From positions 62,001 through 126,000 of the IMG/VR virus record IMGVR_UViG_3300027759_000046: 64,000 nt of DNA. One strand, given 5' to 3'. Shown piece after piece: positions 10,164-20,557 of the stretch. The position numbers and the translations under genes were made by a program. Position 1 is the first letter of the stretch. Each line of letters opens with the position of its first letter. The notes under the pieces were generated by a model. That model was not told the DNA's origin. It made no database searches and was given only the letters and a program-made list of their open reading frames with translations.

Positions 10164-10972
10164 TCTGACGCGATTGTAACGTGTTTTGCTAAGTACAGGG
10201 AGGCAGCATTCTGCACAGTTGCAAGAGTTGCGCCTGGCGTAGCTGGCATTTTAGCATCGATTGCTGCAGCCAAGCCGTTAAGTACTACTTCTAATTGATT
10301 TCCCAATACCGCATTATTGAATACTCCGTCCTTACCGATCTCAACGTTTCCGCCCGTAATCTTAACTGTTCTAGCGTCAACTGTAACTTGAGAACCTGTT
10401 GTTAAATTAATCTGCGAATCCGATACGATCCGAATTACATTATTCTCTAATGAAATTGATGACTGATTGTCCTTGTGTTCAATCAACACGTTTGACGTCT
10501 TTTGATCAATTCGAATGAAAGATTTTTTCATCTCCATTTGCAGACCAATCTCACGATCAAACCAAAATTTAATCTCTTCATCTCCGTCAAACAGGATAAA
10601 ATGAGCTCCTTCGTATTTAGTTGGAGTCTGAGCTCCTTTCTTAAGCTCGTCCTTAATATCTTCTCCGACCTCCTGAACTTGACAGTATTCTGGTGAGTAA
10701 ATATCTCCATTGCTAAATCTGACCTGAACTACTGCACCGACTTTTGGAATCGATAGGGATCCAGCGCGAGCGTCCTGGCCAAAGAATAGGGGCTTATTTG
10801 CTGGAGTTGCCCATGGCAAATCAGCGACTTCAATATCGTCAAACAGCGAAAATACTCTGACACGACAGCGACCTTCATATAGAGGATCCATAATGTCTTC
10901 TACCTTTCCTAGATAGACTTCCGTAAATTCTTCAACCGCTGAGTTGGTTTTAATGCTCGTATTATCAATCAT
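10160..10972 (-). CDS. Baseplate central spike, gp5/VgrG-like OB-fold plus beta-helix
   Basis: GKVEDIMDPLYEGRCRVRV..LPWA..SLSIPKVGAVVQVRFSNGD; no lysozyme domain. Confidence 0.85.
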   Translation of the reverse strand: MIDNTSIKTNSAVEEFTEVYLGKVEDIMDPLYEGRCRVRVFSLFDDIEVADLPWATPANKPLFFGQDARAGSLSIPKVGAVVQVRFSNGDIYSPEYCQVQEVGEDIKDELKKGAQTPTKYEGAHFILFDGDEEIKFWFDREIGLQMEMKKSFIRIDQKTSNVLIEHKDNQSSISLENNVIRIVSDSQINLTTGSQVTVDARTVKITGGNVEIGKDGVFNNAVLGNQLEVVLNGLAAAIDAKMPATPGATLATVQNAASLYLAKHVTIASD

Positions 10973-11003
10973 ATAATAGTTATACTTCTAATTTAGTAAT
11001 AGG

Positions 11004-12326
11004 TTATGGATAAACGTCTCCAAGATCGCCATTGCCAACTACGCTCGGTGGATTCGGGGTTGGGTAAATATCGCTCTTAAGATTGCTCGTAAGCGGCGGG
11101 CCAACTGGGGCTTGACGACCCGTTAGTGAGGCTCCAAACTTATTGATTGCGCCAGCTACTCCATTTAAACCGCCTTCGTCATACACATTACCTAAGGCCT
11201 TGCCTTCTAGGGCAGTTTGTATATCATTCATGAAAGATCCAACGATTGCGCCAGGCAATCTCATTGCTGTGCTAGTAATATTATTTATGCGGTTTGCAAT
11301 TCCTTGAGCCGCTCCACCAAATAGGTTAAATTGACCAAGCCTATTTGAATAAGTATTACCTAAGTCGCTAGCACTACGATCCCCATTGTGAATTGTTTTA
11401 ATATCATTAACATCGCTAATCGGAACAGGCTGGTGTTCAACCCAACCAACATTCACTTTGAAACTTGGTGAAAATGGTTTATCGTCAGTTGATATTTTAT
11501 GTTCAGTTTGGCCGCCTGATCCAGCTATAAAGTCTGAAAAATCAAATTCGCACATTTTAAGTCTAAACTTAACAACCTTTAAACCTGATACAGTATTTTT
11601 TTTAGCATCCTCTTTGAATAATTTATAGTCATTAGTTTTATCGTACGTATTGTAGTCAACCAAATTTCTAATTTCAATTAGGCTTATTTCCATATCAAAC
11701 CATCTTAGATTATCCGGCAGTCTGTATGACAGGCGTTGCTCATCGTATATTGCATAGCGATAATTTTCAGCAATATCGGTTAAGGGCTGAGTAACTGACT
11801 CAAGGCAATTAAAAGTTAAAGTAGCTTTCTTATTACCTTCTTTTACACGACCAATCGTCTTCCATAGGTCCGAAATTCCTTGCACTGATTGGAAATACCA
11901 AGGTGAAGACTGTATGGTGCTTAGTCCTTTGATTGCCTTGCCTAAACAGACCGCTGGGTTATAAGAGTCGCTTCCAGTATTAGGCATAGTCTTGTGATCT
12001 GCCCCGTAATAATCAGTCAGCCAGTCATACGCACAGTATTCAACAAGATTGTGAGCCTTCTCGGAAGTAATCACAGAGTCTCTTGAATATCTAGTTGGAT
12101 CAACTGATGCATTAGTTAAAAACCAATCCATTGGGCCAATCAATAGGTTATCGTTTGAGATTCCATCTGTTGCAAATTGCGCTCTCGATGGAAAAAAATC
12201 AACGACAAAGGTTAGAAAAACTGGGTCTTGAAAGTCAAATATTGACGACTTTACGAACATATCGACCATTGGCGAGCTTGTAGAGATTGAATCTGCAAAC
12301 TTTACGTTATTTGGATTAGTTATCAT
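11004..12326 (-). CDS. Putative tail tube-like/baseplate protein
   Basis: WYFQSVQGISDLW, LTFNCLES, LPDNLRWFDMEI; baseplate cluster context. Confidence 0.5.
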   Translation of the reverse strand: MITNPNNVKFADSISTSSPMVDMFVKSSIFDFQDPVFLTFVVDFFPSRAQFATDGISNDNLLIGPMDWFLTNASVDPTRYSRDSVITSEKAHNLVEYCAYDWLTDYYGADHKTMPNTGSDSYNPAVCLGKAIKGLSTIQSSPWYFQSVQGISDLWKTIGRVKEGNKKATLTFNCLESVTQPLTDIAENYRYAIYDEQRLSYRLPDNLRWFDMEISLIEIRNLVDYNTYDKTNDYKLFKEDAKKNTVSGLKVVKFRLKMCEFDFSDFIAGSGGQTEHKISTDDKPFSPSFKVNVGWVEHQPVPISDVNDIKTIHNGDRSASDLGNTYSNRLGQFNLFGGAAQGIANRINNITSTAMRLPGAIVGSFMNDIQTALEGKALGNVYDEGGLNGVAGAINKFGASLTGRQAPVGPPLTSNLKSDIYPTPNPPSVVGNGDLGDVYP

Positions 12327-12328
12327 TA

Positions 12329-13864
12329 TTAAGTAGTAATTTCATTTTTTGGTCGAGGTAATAACCAGTGTCTTCTAGCCAAAAGCATCTCAGTTTCAAA
12401 TTTACCGTCAAGGTACTTGTAATCAATTGATGATACGTAATAGAAACCGCTTAGCCCCTTATCATAAAATTCAGCCGCCATATTTTGATCGTATTCTGGA
12501 TTACCAGTTTCAACGCTAGCCGGGTCAAAGTCTTCTGAATTTTCCTTTCGTGAAACTGCTGCGTTCATTGCAGCTTGTCGTTGTAAAAATATTGCAACTG
12601 CAACTCTAGAACCTCTAATAATATTCGCGTTTAGACCGTCTAGTCTAATTTTCAACATGTTCTTTTGAGTCTCTTTTAGGTTATGATCATTGATTATGTG
12701 TGCAAACTTATATTGATTATGAGCGTTTCCGTAATCGATTCCGCGCCATTCACCAATAATTGAGTCAGCATTTGCGTACTCGTCTAGGATAACTGTTTGC
12801 GGAGCTCGACCGTCTGCTCCAGCTGGTGTAGTAATCGGTTCTGCATAGTGCTCAATGAAGTTAACTGAATCTGCATCAGAATCTTTTGTTTCAGAATTTC
12901 CGCCGTGATCATACCAATAGGCCTGTCTCCTTAATCCATTATTAACTAGGACCTCGCCATGATTACTAACTAACGAAAATTCATGAATGAACGATTCCGA
13001 ACCCTTTGCTGATTTATAATTACTTAACACAATATCAACCGGCGAATTGTCAGCATCAGCGTCTAGAGCCGGATCCACCTGATTTTTATTTAGAGCAGTT
13101 TGAACTAGCGTAGTAAATCCCTTATCTAACTCCTTATCTTGACCAAACATCTTCTCAACATTTATGAAATTAAGCGTGTAATATCGATCAATAAAACAGT
13201 CAAAGAAGTTTGAATCATCGGAGTAAGCCATCTTTTTAATATGTGAAATGAATGATTTGTAAGAGTAATTAGGCATAAGCCAAGTCATTTGGTCTTTCGT
13301 ATCCGCCTCTGCTAAATTATCTGCAAAGCCTAATTGCAATTCATCAGCGACTTTCTGTAAAACCCCCTTTGATGTTAAGTTTGGATAAGATCTTGAAAAC
13401 TGACCGTTTAATTTTGGAATATAGAGATCCCCGCTAATTGTATAGATGGTAGTTGACGTTCCGGGCAAGCTAATTGAACTCACGTTATTAATCAAATAGT
13501 CGCCAGCTAAGCTCTTAAGCTTTTTGTTTGGTGATTGGATAAACACACTTGCGATAATATTCGCAAGTGGATAGCCGCCTGCACCAAATACCGAATGTCC
13601 ATCAATTAATGTGATTGATATTCTTGGAACCAATTCATTTTGCCAAACGTGTATTGACTTGATAGCATCTGCTGGTAATCTGACTTGGCCTATCATAACG
13701 ATTGGCGTCATCAAACCCTTACGTTCAGAATAACCTATAAAATCGGCCTTTTTATCAAAGATCTCATTACCATTAGCATCCTTGAACTGTTTGGTGTCCC
13801 TAACCGCAATCTGAGTTGGCGTAATCTTTGGCGTAGATCTAATTAAAATTTTATCAATTGCCAT
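12329..13864 (-). CDS. Putative baseplate hub protein (gp27/GpD-like)
   Basis: Size, position between spike and LysM-like gene, C-terminal GLSGFYYVSSIDYKY. Confidence 0.6.
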   Translation of the reverse strand: MAIDKILIRSTPKITPTQIAVRDTKQFKDANGNEIFDKKADFIGYSERKGLMTPIVMIGQVRLPADAIKSIHVWQNELVPRISITLIDGHSVFGAGGYPLANIIASVFIQSPNKKLKSLAGDYLINNVSSISLPGTSTTIYTISGDLYIPKLNGQFSRSYPNLTSKGVLQKVADELQLGFADNLAEADTKDQMTWLMPNYSYKSFISHIKKMAYSDDSNFFDCFIDRYYTLNFINVEKMFGQDKELDKGFTTLVQTALNKNQVDPALDADADNSPVDIVLSNYKSAKGSESFIHEFSLVSNHGEVLVNNGLRRQAYWYDHGGNSETKDSDADSVNFIEHYAEPITTPAGADGRAPQTVILDEYANADSIIGEWRGIDYGNAHNQYKFAHIINDHNLKETQKNMLKIRLDGLNANIIRGSRVAVAIFLQRQAAMNAAVSRKENSEDFDPASVETGNPEYDQNMAAEFYDKGLSGFYYVSSIDYKYLDGKFETEMLLARRHWLLPRPKNEITT

Positions 13865-14442
13865 TATTTAATTTTATTTTTAATTAGAGTCTCTTTAAGT
13901 TTTGATCTAGAGATAGGAGTTGGGCAATCTTGTTTACTAATTGAAGTAACGTCCCCACCAAATATAATTTTACCATTTGCCACTTTTACGCTGCTATCGA
14001 GAGCAACGTTAGGCGGAACCAACGGAGCTGCTCCAGCTTTCTTCTGTAAATACTCAGCACGACGCTTATCCTTTTTGGTTTTGGGAGTAAAGACAACGTT
14101 TGATTTCTTTTTTCTAGGCCCAAATTCTGCAAGAGTAGGAGCTGCTCCAAATTTATTCAAGGTAGCTGAATCTGGGATTCGAATAACATCTCCAATATTT
14201 AACGAAAATGGATTAGAGTAGCCATTGTATTTTAATAATAGATCAGCATAGTCAGTTTTTTGATAAAATATGTACGAGATCAAGTCAGGTCTCATGCACG
14301 TCTCATCAGTCACAGCGTATAACTGTCCGCTGTTTATTCTGATTCCAAGATACGATACTGCTCGACGAATCAAGTCAACAACGACATCACCGTTGGGTTT
14401 CGTAAACTCTTTTTTATTGGTAAGTGTTTTTAGTCCTAGCAT
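13864..14442 (-). CDS. Baseplate wedge protein, LysM/tail-X-like (gp53-like)
   Basis: MRPDLISYIFY..YADLLLKYNGYSNPFSLNIGDVIRIP. Confidence 0.75.
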   Translation of the reverse strand: MLGLKTLTNKKEFTKPNGDVVVDLIRRAVSYLGIRINSGQLYAVTDETCMRPDLISYIFYQKTDYADLLLKYNGYSNPFSLNIGDVIRIPDSATLNKFGAAPTLAEFGPRKKKSNVVFTPKTKKDKRRAEYLQKKAGAAPLVPPNVALDSSVKVANGKIIFGGDVTSISKQDCPTPISRSKLKETLIKNKIK

Positions 14443-14451
14443 GTCTCTATA

Positions 14452-16440
14452 TTATTGTTTATCTTGGCGACGATCGTAATACATCCACAAGATTGAATCA
14501 TCAATTTCGTTTTCCGCAACCTTCTTTGGATCGTCTGCTCCTGCATAACCGTACGCTCGTCTAATTCTACTTCTGTAATTTACGTAAGTATTGCCTTTTA
14601 GTTTATCTTGATCACCTGCATCTAGATCATTAAATGATTTCTTGGCTTTCTCGCTCCATTCAGTATTATTTGTCTCTCCGAATGTGTCATTCGCTGATGA
14701 AAACGGTCGCAGCTTAGATGACATCATCTTGGTCTCACCTAAGTTAAAAATTCTCTCAATTGCAACCTTATCTCGAGGTTTACCTTGTTGCAACGCAACC
14801 TTAAATGTTACGCCAGTCGGAAAATCATCTGGTCCCATCTCTTCGTCAAATACCATATCGCAGGCTGAGCACACAAGATCCCCCATTGTCATAATTGGAT
14901 TAAGTGGATTGCCGACAACTAGGTGCCATTCACCAATAGGTCGATCAGATAGAGCTGATCTAACTGATATTAACTTGGGAACTGCTTCGGCTAGTGCACT
15001 AATTGCAACAGTCTGCGCAACATTTGCAGCTTTGTTTTTAATCTTGGTGAAATCTTCATTGCCTGCATCTTGCATCATTGAAATTCCCTGATCTGCTGCT
15101 GCTTTTATACTGTCCATCACCGACGACGCAAGTTTCACCATGTCTGCACCCGAATTGTTCTCAAATGAGGTTGCCCAGTTTGTTAAAATATTGCCAAGCG
15201 CCTCCGTCGTTGTAGGATCAAACTTTACACCAGTTCTTGGAAAATATCTGGCCAATTGGCCTAGAAATTGCGCATCATTATAGGTCAAATTCAAGAAACT
15301 TGAAATAAGATCAAGTGCAACAATTTTTGGACTAAGACCATTAAACGATCTAAATGAATAATGAAACTCTATCGTAAATGGCGAATTCCAGCCGTCTTGC
15401 ATACCCCTTTCCCTTCGAGTACTTTGGTGAATTACATTCACTGGGCCGTACACTCGATTCCAGTATGGACCGTTTGTTTCGTACTGACCCTTTAGAAATG
15501 TCTGCAGCTTTCCCTCCATGCCGCTTAATTGCTGAAGCTGCGCATTGTTGCCCTTTAGCCCAACATACACCTTTTTAAGCTGGTCAGCCTTACCCTTTAG
15601 TTCCTTAACGCCGTCAAACATTTTTACTAAATCGTCGACCGTCACCTCATTTCCTTCAATATCCTGCTGCTGAACTGAAACTGTGGTCCATTTGAGATTC
15701 CACTTCAACATTCCAGTCTTTGCGAGAGAATTATTTGTGCCTTCGCCCCACCAAGTAACCGCTTGTGCAACTGGAATAGGATGCTTCTCGCCAGGTATCG
15801 TGAGCTGATCTTCAACCGGAAATGGATATCGTCTAAGAGTAATCATACGGTTATTTGGAATTTTACCGTAGTTCTTACAAAACATAAAATCAGTCATTGC
15901 GTAAGGCTGGAAGCCAGTAACGCTGAATCCGGACTGTTTTGCTCCCCATAAAATAATTGCCTTTGCTGTAGGGTTTACTAGAGATGGAGAATTTTTTATC
16001 TGAAATTTTGCAATGTCCGCCTTTTTAAGCTCAAGCAATTTAACGTTATCTGCTATCTGTTTTTGAACCGATTCAAGGTCACTAATTTTATTTTCTTTAC
16101 TTAATACTTTGGCCTGCTGTCTTAGCCTTGCCTGTTTATTATTAATTTCGTTAGTTGCTTGAGTATTGGCAGCATCATTTTCGCCAGTATTGGTTCGGCT
16201 TGGCGAAAATCCAATAAAGTGGCCAGCCGGCTCATAAGAGAGACCGTTCCTAAACTTGGAATACTGGAAAATTGAAAATTTATTGAAAATTGACTCTGGT
16301 GCCGAATTAATCACCGAGCCGTTACCTTCTCCGCCTAATACCTTTGATAGATCATAGATGCTACTGCTCGTAGCAAGCTTCTCCATGTAGTTGGTACCGC
16401 TAAATATCTGTTCAACCTTTAATGCCCAATCATTCGCCAT
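14452..16440 (-). CDS. Large baseplate/tail-tube initiator-like structural protein
   Basis: KNYGKIPNNRMITLRRYPFP; C-terminal WHLVVGNPLNPIMTMGDLVC..GPDDFPT; cluster context. Confidence 0.5.
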   Translation of the reverse strand: MANDWALKVEQIFSGTNYMEKLATSSSIYDLSKVLGGEGNGSVINSAPESIFNKFSIFQYSKFRNGLSYEPAGHFIGFSPSRTNTGENDAANTQATNEINNKQARLRQQAKVLSKENKISDLESVQKQIADNVKLLELKKADIAKFQIKNSPSLVNPTAKAIILWGAKQSGFSVTGFQPYAMTDFMFCKNYGKIPNNRMITLRRYPFPVEDQLTIPGEKHPIPVAQAVTWWGEGTNNSLAKTGMLKWNLKWTTVSVQQQDIEGNEVTVDDLVKMFDGVKELKGKADQLKKVYVGLKGNNAQLQQLSGMEGKLQTFLKGQYETNGPYWNRVYGPVNVIHQSTRRERGMQDGWNSPFTIEFHYSFRSFNGLSPKIVALDLISSFLNLTYNDAQFLGQLARYFPRTGVKFDPTTTEALGNILTNWATSFENNSGADMVKLASSVMDSIKAAADQGISMMQDAGNEDFTKIKNKAANVAQTVAISALAEAVPKLISVRSALSDRPIGEWHLVVGNPLNPIMTMGDLVCSACDMVFDEEMGPDDFPTGVTFKVALQQGKPRDKVAIERIFNLGETKMMSSKLRPFSSANDTFGETNNTEWSEKAKKSFNDLDAGDQDKLKGNTYVNYRSRIRRAYGYAGADDPKKVAENEIDDSILWMYYDRRQDKQ

Positions 16441-16507
16441 TAATACTACGTTATTTGATATTATTTATCAATGGAGTCTAAAGTTACGAGAAATGGCAGA
16501 CTTCAGA

Positions 16508-16954
16508 TTAAGAGTATGGATCTAGGTCCGGGTTTGGAATTTTATGCCAGCGCCTTTCGCTGCCGCTTCCAGCCAATTGAACCTCTTCGGCTGTGTCCTT
16601 GATGAATCGTAGAGCCTCTTCGTAATCACCGTCTGTTAACAGGTCGTCCACCATTTGAGCAGCAGAGTCTGATAACTTAACTCGATAGACTACTGGGTGA
16701 CGTTGATCATTGGCTCTGCATCGCAGCGTCATCAGGCTTAGGTTTCCGCCAAATGCTTTTTTCTCTGGATCGTCCTTGCCGCTAATATCGCTAAGACCTA
16801 GCCCATGTAATCTGTCCAAGTTTTGTGATCTAGCTAGGGAAGGTTCCTTAACAAAAGATTCGATTCCTTTGCAGTCAGCAATGCCGTAATACCAATGGGA
16901 TTCTCCAGTACCGCGTGACTCGTTAAATGATTTAAATGAATTTGCGTATTTCAT
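16508..16954 (-). CDS. Putative head cargo protein (CTS-like N-terminus)
   Basis: MKYANSFKSFNE; RLHGLGLS motif; GATAAATA upstream. Confidence 0.55.
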   Translation of the reverse strand: MKYANSFKSFNESRGTGESHWYYGIADCKGIESFVKEPSLARSQNLDRLHGLGLSDISGKDDPEKKAFGGNLSLMTLRCRANDQRHPVVYRVKLSDSAAQMVDDLLTDGDYEEALRFIKDTAEEVQLAGSGSERRWHKIPNPDLDPYS

Positions 16955-17044
16955 AGGCTTAAAATTATTATACCTTTATTTATCCTGGACAGGATTCACA
17001 GTTTATAAGTATATTAGTTCTATAAACCACCTAAAACCCGTGTT

Positions 17045-17449
17045 ATGAAAAAGTTAGTAGTTGTATTAGGAGTTGCATTAATCACGTCCTTCAATGCCTT
17101 TAGTCAAAAAATCGATATTCACGTTACTCAAGTATCTGTACGCGAATCAGCAGACGGTCTGCCAGACACAGAGTACTCACTAAATGTTAATTCTTACTAT
17201 TTTATTAACCTGGATGCAGGCACCGTTGTGTATCAAAGCCCTAAATACGATATCGATGTAAGTCGACGCATCATAAGTAAAGACTTAACCGGCAGTATTA
17301 TTACGATCGTTTACGAAGACGATGGCTTTACTCCAACTCTAGTCATTGATAAAAGTACGAATTCGGTTAACTGGATCAATCAAGACTCATCTGCTAAATT
17401 AACGTATGAATTCAGAAAGTTTAGCATGGAAATCAAGGAAAAATCTTAA
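17045..17449 (+). CDS. Secreted protein with Sec signal peptide
   Basis: MKKLVVVLGVALITSFNAFS|Q. Confidence 0.7.
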   Translation: MKKLVVVLGVALITSFNAFSQKIDIHVTQVSVRESADGLPDTEYSLNVNSYYFINLDAGTVVYQSPKYDIDVSRRIISKDLTGSIITIVYEDDGFTPTLVIDKSTNSVNWINQDSSAKLTYEFRKFSMEIKEKS

Positions 17450-17469
17450 CTCAATCAATTCACAATAAA

Positions 17470-17495
17470 AAAGCCCTTCCAGACAGAAGGGCTTT
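17470..17495. terminator. Bidirectional terminator
   Basis: AAAGCCCTTC-cagaca-GAAGGGCTTT between convergent genes. Confidence 0.85.
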
Positions 17496-17518
17496 CGTTG
17501 TTTAATATAGTTTGACTA

Positions 17519-18157
17519 TTATTTAGGAGCAGTAGTGGGTGCAACAACTAGTGCCTGCTTAGCCGCAACTGTTGGAACTATGAAAGTTCTAACGAAGTAC
17601 GCCCAATATGTAATTTGAGTTTTACCAGTTGTGTCAGCTGGATCAGCGATCATTGTATTCCATTTTGCATTTTCCAATGATTCTTTGGCATACGGTAAAA
17701 AAATTTCCTGAACTGGTGAATTGCTTGCGCCATTATAGATTGGAGTCAATTGAGAACTTGCTTGATTAATGAAGGCTAGCGCATTCTCTTTTGGAAAAGC
17801 ATTATTGATTGATCTAGGCTGTCTTCCTAGATACGCCATTGCCAAGAAAATTGATTGAACAATGTTAGCACGCTCTTTGAACCAAGCAACTTGAGAGTTG
17901 GCAACCCTTGTATTATCAGGATCAGACGCAGTTTCCGCTTTCACCCACGGTGCAGGCTTTGCAGCGTTTGCGAATTGTGGTACTGAGATATAGCTATCAA
18001 AGTCAGCTTGACTCTTAAATGATAATTTATAGGTAAGCCCGTCTGTTGCTTTAAATCCTGTGCCAGGCGCAGCAACTGCTGCATCAGCCTCTTCTGCTAA
18101 ATTCAGGTCAGTCAAATTCTCATTTAACCACTGTTTGTATCCTTTAATTAGTTGCAT
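17519..18157 (-). CDS. Putative head cargo protein; N-terminus similar to 18763..19377
   Basis: MQLIKGYKQWLNE then an Ala/Pro linker. Confidence 0.6.
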   Translation of the reverse strand: MQLIKGYKQWLNENLTDLNLAEEADAAVAAPGTGFKATDGLTYKLSFKSQADFDSYISVPQFANAAKPAPWVKAETASDPDNTRVANSQVAWFKERANIVQSIFLAMAYLGRQPRSINNAFPKENALAFINQASSQLTPIYNGASNSPVQEIFLPYAKESLENAKWNTMIADPADTTGKTQITYWAYFVRTFIVPTVAAKQALVVAPTTAPK

Positions 18158-18250
18158 GTGATATATTAATTCTTTTTGTAAAGTTATTTATCTTGGCTAA
18201 CCTATAGATTTTGTAGTATATTATAACTAACCAACTAACTAACATACAAT

Positions 18251-18694
18251 ATGAAAAAGTTAATCCTAATCGCTCTAAGTTTAATAAGTTTAAGCGCAGG
18301 CGCACAAAATCTTAAAAAGTTTTACCGTGTTGAATTAGATACAATTCAGCATATTAACTGGAATGCAGATTTAACCCTTAGTCAAGCCCTATCTTCAGGT
18401 TCAGTAAAGTATCCGTATTACTGGGCAGATCATATTGTTTGGGAATACGATTTAAGTAACATGACTGCTACTTGGATCAGTGGATCAACTCGAAAAGTCT
18501 ATAAGATTCGTCGAGTTTCAAATCTAAACGGAGTATTACGATTTGAGGTTGGAAATGAGGCTGAAACTGGTTGGATTGATAGCATTAAGGCTACTAGCAG
18601 CGGTCTCTTCTTATTAACTAGCGAAAACGTTGATTTAGTAAATGGACAAAAAGACGGATCTTTTACTCGAAATGCAAAAATGACAAGTCATTAA
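18251..18694 (+). CDS. Secreted protein with Sec signal peptide
   Basis: MKKLILIALSLISLSAGA|Q. Confidence 0.7.
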   Translation: MKKLILIALSLISLSAGAQNLKKFYRVELDTIQHINWNADLTLSQALSSGSVKYPYYWADHIVWEYDLSNMTATWISGSTRKVYKIRRVSNLNGVLRFEVGNEAETGWIDSIKATSSGLFLLTSENVDLVNGQKDGSFTRNAKMTSH

Positions 18695-18713
18695 TTTAAA
18701 CTTCACTATAATA

Positions 18714-18741
18714 AAAAAGGAGGACATTAGTCCTCCTTTTT
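18714..18741. terminator. Bidirectional terminator
   Basis: AAAAAGGAGGAC-atta-GTCCTCCTTTTT between convergent genes. Confidence 0.88.
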
Positions 18742-18762
18742 CTTTTTATAAAGTATTTACAG

Positions 18763-19377
18763 CTATCCCTGAGCAGGTGGAGTAACTGGAGGTGTAGTAG
18801 AAACCCAAGGCATACCTGCCTTAACGCACTGTTCTCTCCAAATCTTTGGCCAATTAGTATCCCATTCAGCTACCCATTTCTTACCGCTTTGGCGATCAGA
18901 CGAATCTAGCATGCTGTACATGTTTTTAACAATCGTAACATCTACGTTATCCGATCCGCCAGTTGCTAACGCATTCATTTGAGCAAGTTTCATTGGACTC
19001 TTTAATCCACGTAGGGCATGTATCTCCAATGCAGCAGTTACTGAATCTACGATACTCCCGCCAAACGTTTTTTTAGTAGGATTGTTCGGATCTCTCGTAA
19101 GAGATATTGATCCTTGACTAGGCATAATCTTTTTAAGAGCAACTCGATTTGAGTTCTCATCGTTACTGGAGCCAGCGTCAGTAATTGAACCATCAGTTGC
19201 ATTCCAATATTGATATTTTGAATGAGCTAAATCGTCAGCGAATGGATATTGGTAAGCAACTCCATTTGATTTTAGAGTATAGCCTTCAGGCTTTGCACCT
19301 GGACCAGAAGTTCCAGCCACCGGAGCCGCTTGTGCATCCTCATTGAGCCATTGTGTGTATCTTTTAATAATTGCCAT
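18763..19377 (-). CDS. Putative head cargo protein
   Basis: MAIIKRYTQWLNE then an Ala/Pro linker. Confidence 0.6.
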   Translation of the reverse strand: MAIIKRYTQWLNEDAQAAPVAGTSGPGAKPEGYTLKSNGVAYQYPFADDLAHSKYQYWNATDGSITDAGSSNDENSNRVALKKIMPSQGSISLTRDPNNPTKKTFGGSIVDSVTAALEIHALRGLKSPMKLAQMNALATGGSDNVDVTIVKNMYSMLDSSDRQSGKKWVAEWDTNWPKIWREQCVKAGMPWVSTTPPVTPPAQG

Positions 19378-19407
19378 TTAGATTTATTTTTTGTAGAGTT
19401 ATTTATT

Positions 19408-19746
19408 CTAGTACTGAACTGATTTACGTTCCTGAAGTCGATTCCAGCGATTGAACCGGTTAACTGCAAATCCTGAAAACCAACCCTTATGAGATCTTGA
19501 CTCAGTTGTACGATTAACTCTCTCAATATTATCCATGTACAGCCCAGGCACAGTTCGGATCATCTCGCCGTGAACATTAACTGGCTCATCCAATTCTACT
19601 TCAATTCTGAAAACATCAGGTTCATACGAGTTATGGTAGACTTCACTGACCGTTGCCGATGCTCCGTCTATTTCTTGGAATAATGCATTCTGCATCTCTT
19701 CTGCTTCCGCTCTGACAATAACCTTGTCTCCGATTTTGAATTTCAT
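19408..19746 (-). CDS. Hypothetical protein with SH3/KOW-like N-terminus
   Basis: MKFKIGDKVIV. Confidence 0.5.
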   Translation of the reverse strand: MKFKIGDKVIVRAEAEEMQNALFQEIDGASATVSEVYHNSYEPDVFRIEVELDEPVNVHGEMIRTVPGLYMDNIERVNRTTESRSHKGWFSGFAVNRFNRWNRLQERKSVQY

Positions 19747-20009
19747 ACTGGTAGTTTTATGATTTTTAGGGTTAACTCGCCTGACCCCTTAATTAGTCGG
19801 TGCCATTCATGTCTATTAATATTTATTGCGTGATCGAGTGAAAAAGGCAAGCGGTCCTCTAATTGAATTTGCCAATCAGTTTTTTCAACTGATTCGACTA
19901 TTCTGGACTCATCGTCTCGGTGCCACATGAGCTCAATTGGGTCAATGTCTGCACCAAATTTGCGAGTTACAATATTACCGTTAATTTCAAGATCAGTATA
20001 AGGTTTCAT
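19743..20009 (-). CDS. Small cupin-like hypothetical protein
   Basis: LMWHRD..WQIQLE..HEWHRLIKG. Confidence 0.55.
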   Translation of the reverse strand: MKPYTDLEINGNIVTRKFGADIDPIELMWHRDDESRIVESVEKTDWQIQLEDRLPFSLDHAININRHEWHRLIKGSGELTLKIIKLPV

Positions 20010-20557
20010 TACCAGAATCCAGGATAAGTTTTACCACCCCATAGATGCGCGTATCGGTTGATACGGCAGGCCCAGTAACCTGCTTTTGTTTTATCTTTCT
20101 TAAGATGACATTGATGGCGAGCGGCAAAGGATGCGCGGGCTTTAGGATTGCTAACCTTTGCAGTTAGGCCTCCATGAACATCGCCGAATGAAATCTTTTT
20201 AATATTACCAGTGTGAGGATTCTTTACGAATACGTGATACTTCTTGGCTCCTCCACGTTGAGGATAATTTAATTTTACTGACTTTCCGTGATATTCAGAT
20301 TCGTTAATCTCTTCAATTGGAAAATCTAACGGAACGATTCGACCCTCAAAAACGGCAGTTTTACCAAGATCAGTTTCAATAAAGAGAATCTTATCGACTC
20401 CCGTAAAATTCATTTCGCCCGCATCAAATCGATTACGCGCCTCCACTAATAACTGAATATGCGCATTGCTACCGGGTCTAAAAATAGACTCAGCAACCGA
20501 CATTCCACGATCAAGATGATACTGTAGATTTTCAGAAATTAGAGTAGGGTTTACCAT
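20009..20557 (-). CDS. Conserved hypothetical phage protein with basic C-terminal module
   Basis: Likely start MVNPTLISE; INE then KKYHVFVK..KISFGD..ARASFAARHQC..AGYWAC. Confidence 0.65.
   Translation of the reverse strand: MVNPTLISENLQYHLDRGMSVAESIFRPGSNAHIQLLVEARNRFDAGEMNFTGVDKILFIETDLGKTAVFEGRIVPLDFPIEEINESEYHGKSVKLNYPQRGGAKKYHVFVKNPHTGNIKKISFGDVHGGLTAKVSNPKARASFAARHQCHLKKDKTKAGYWACRINRYAHLWGGKTYPGFW

Noticed and set aside
14270-15951. Several plus-strand ORFs over baseplate genes (same for those over ClpC, DinG, portal and others)
   Set aside because: Opposite-strand or alternate-frame shadows of well-supported genes, with no motifs
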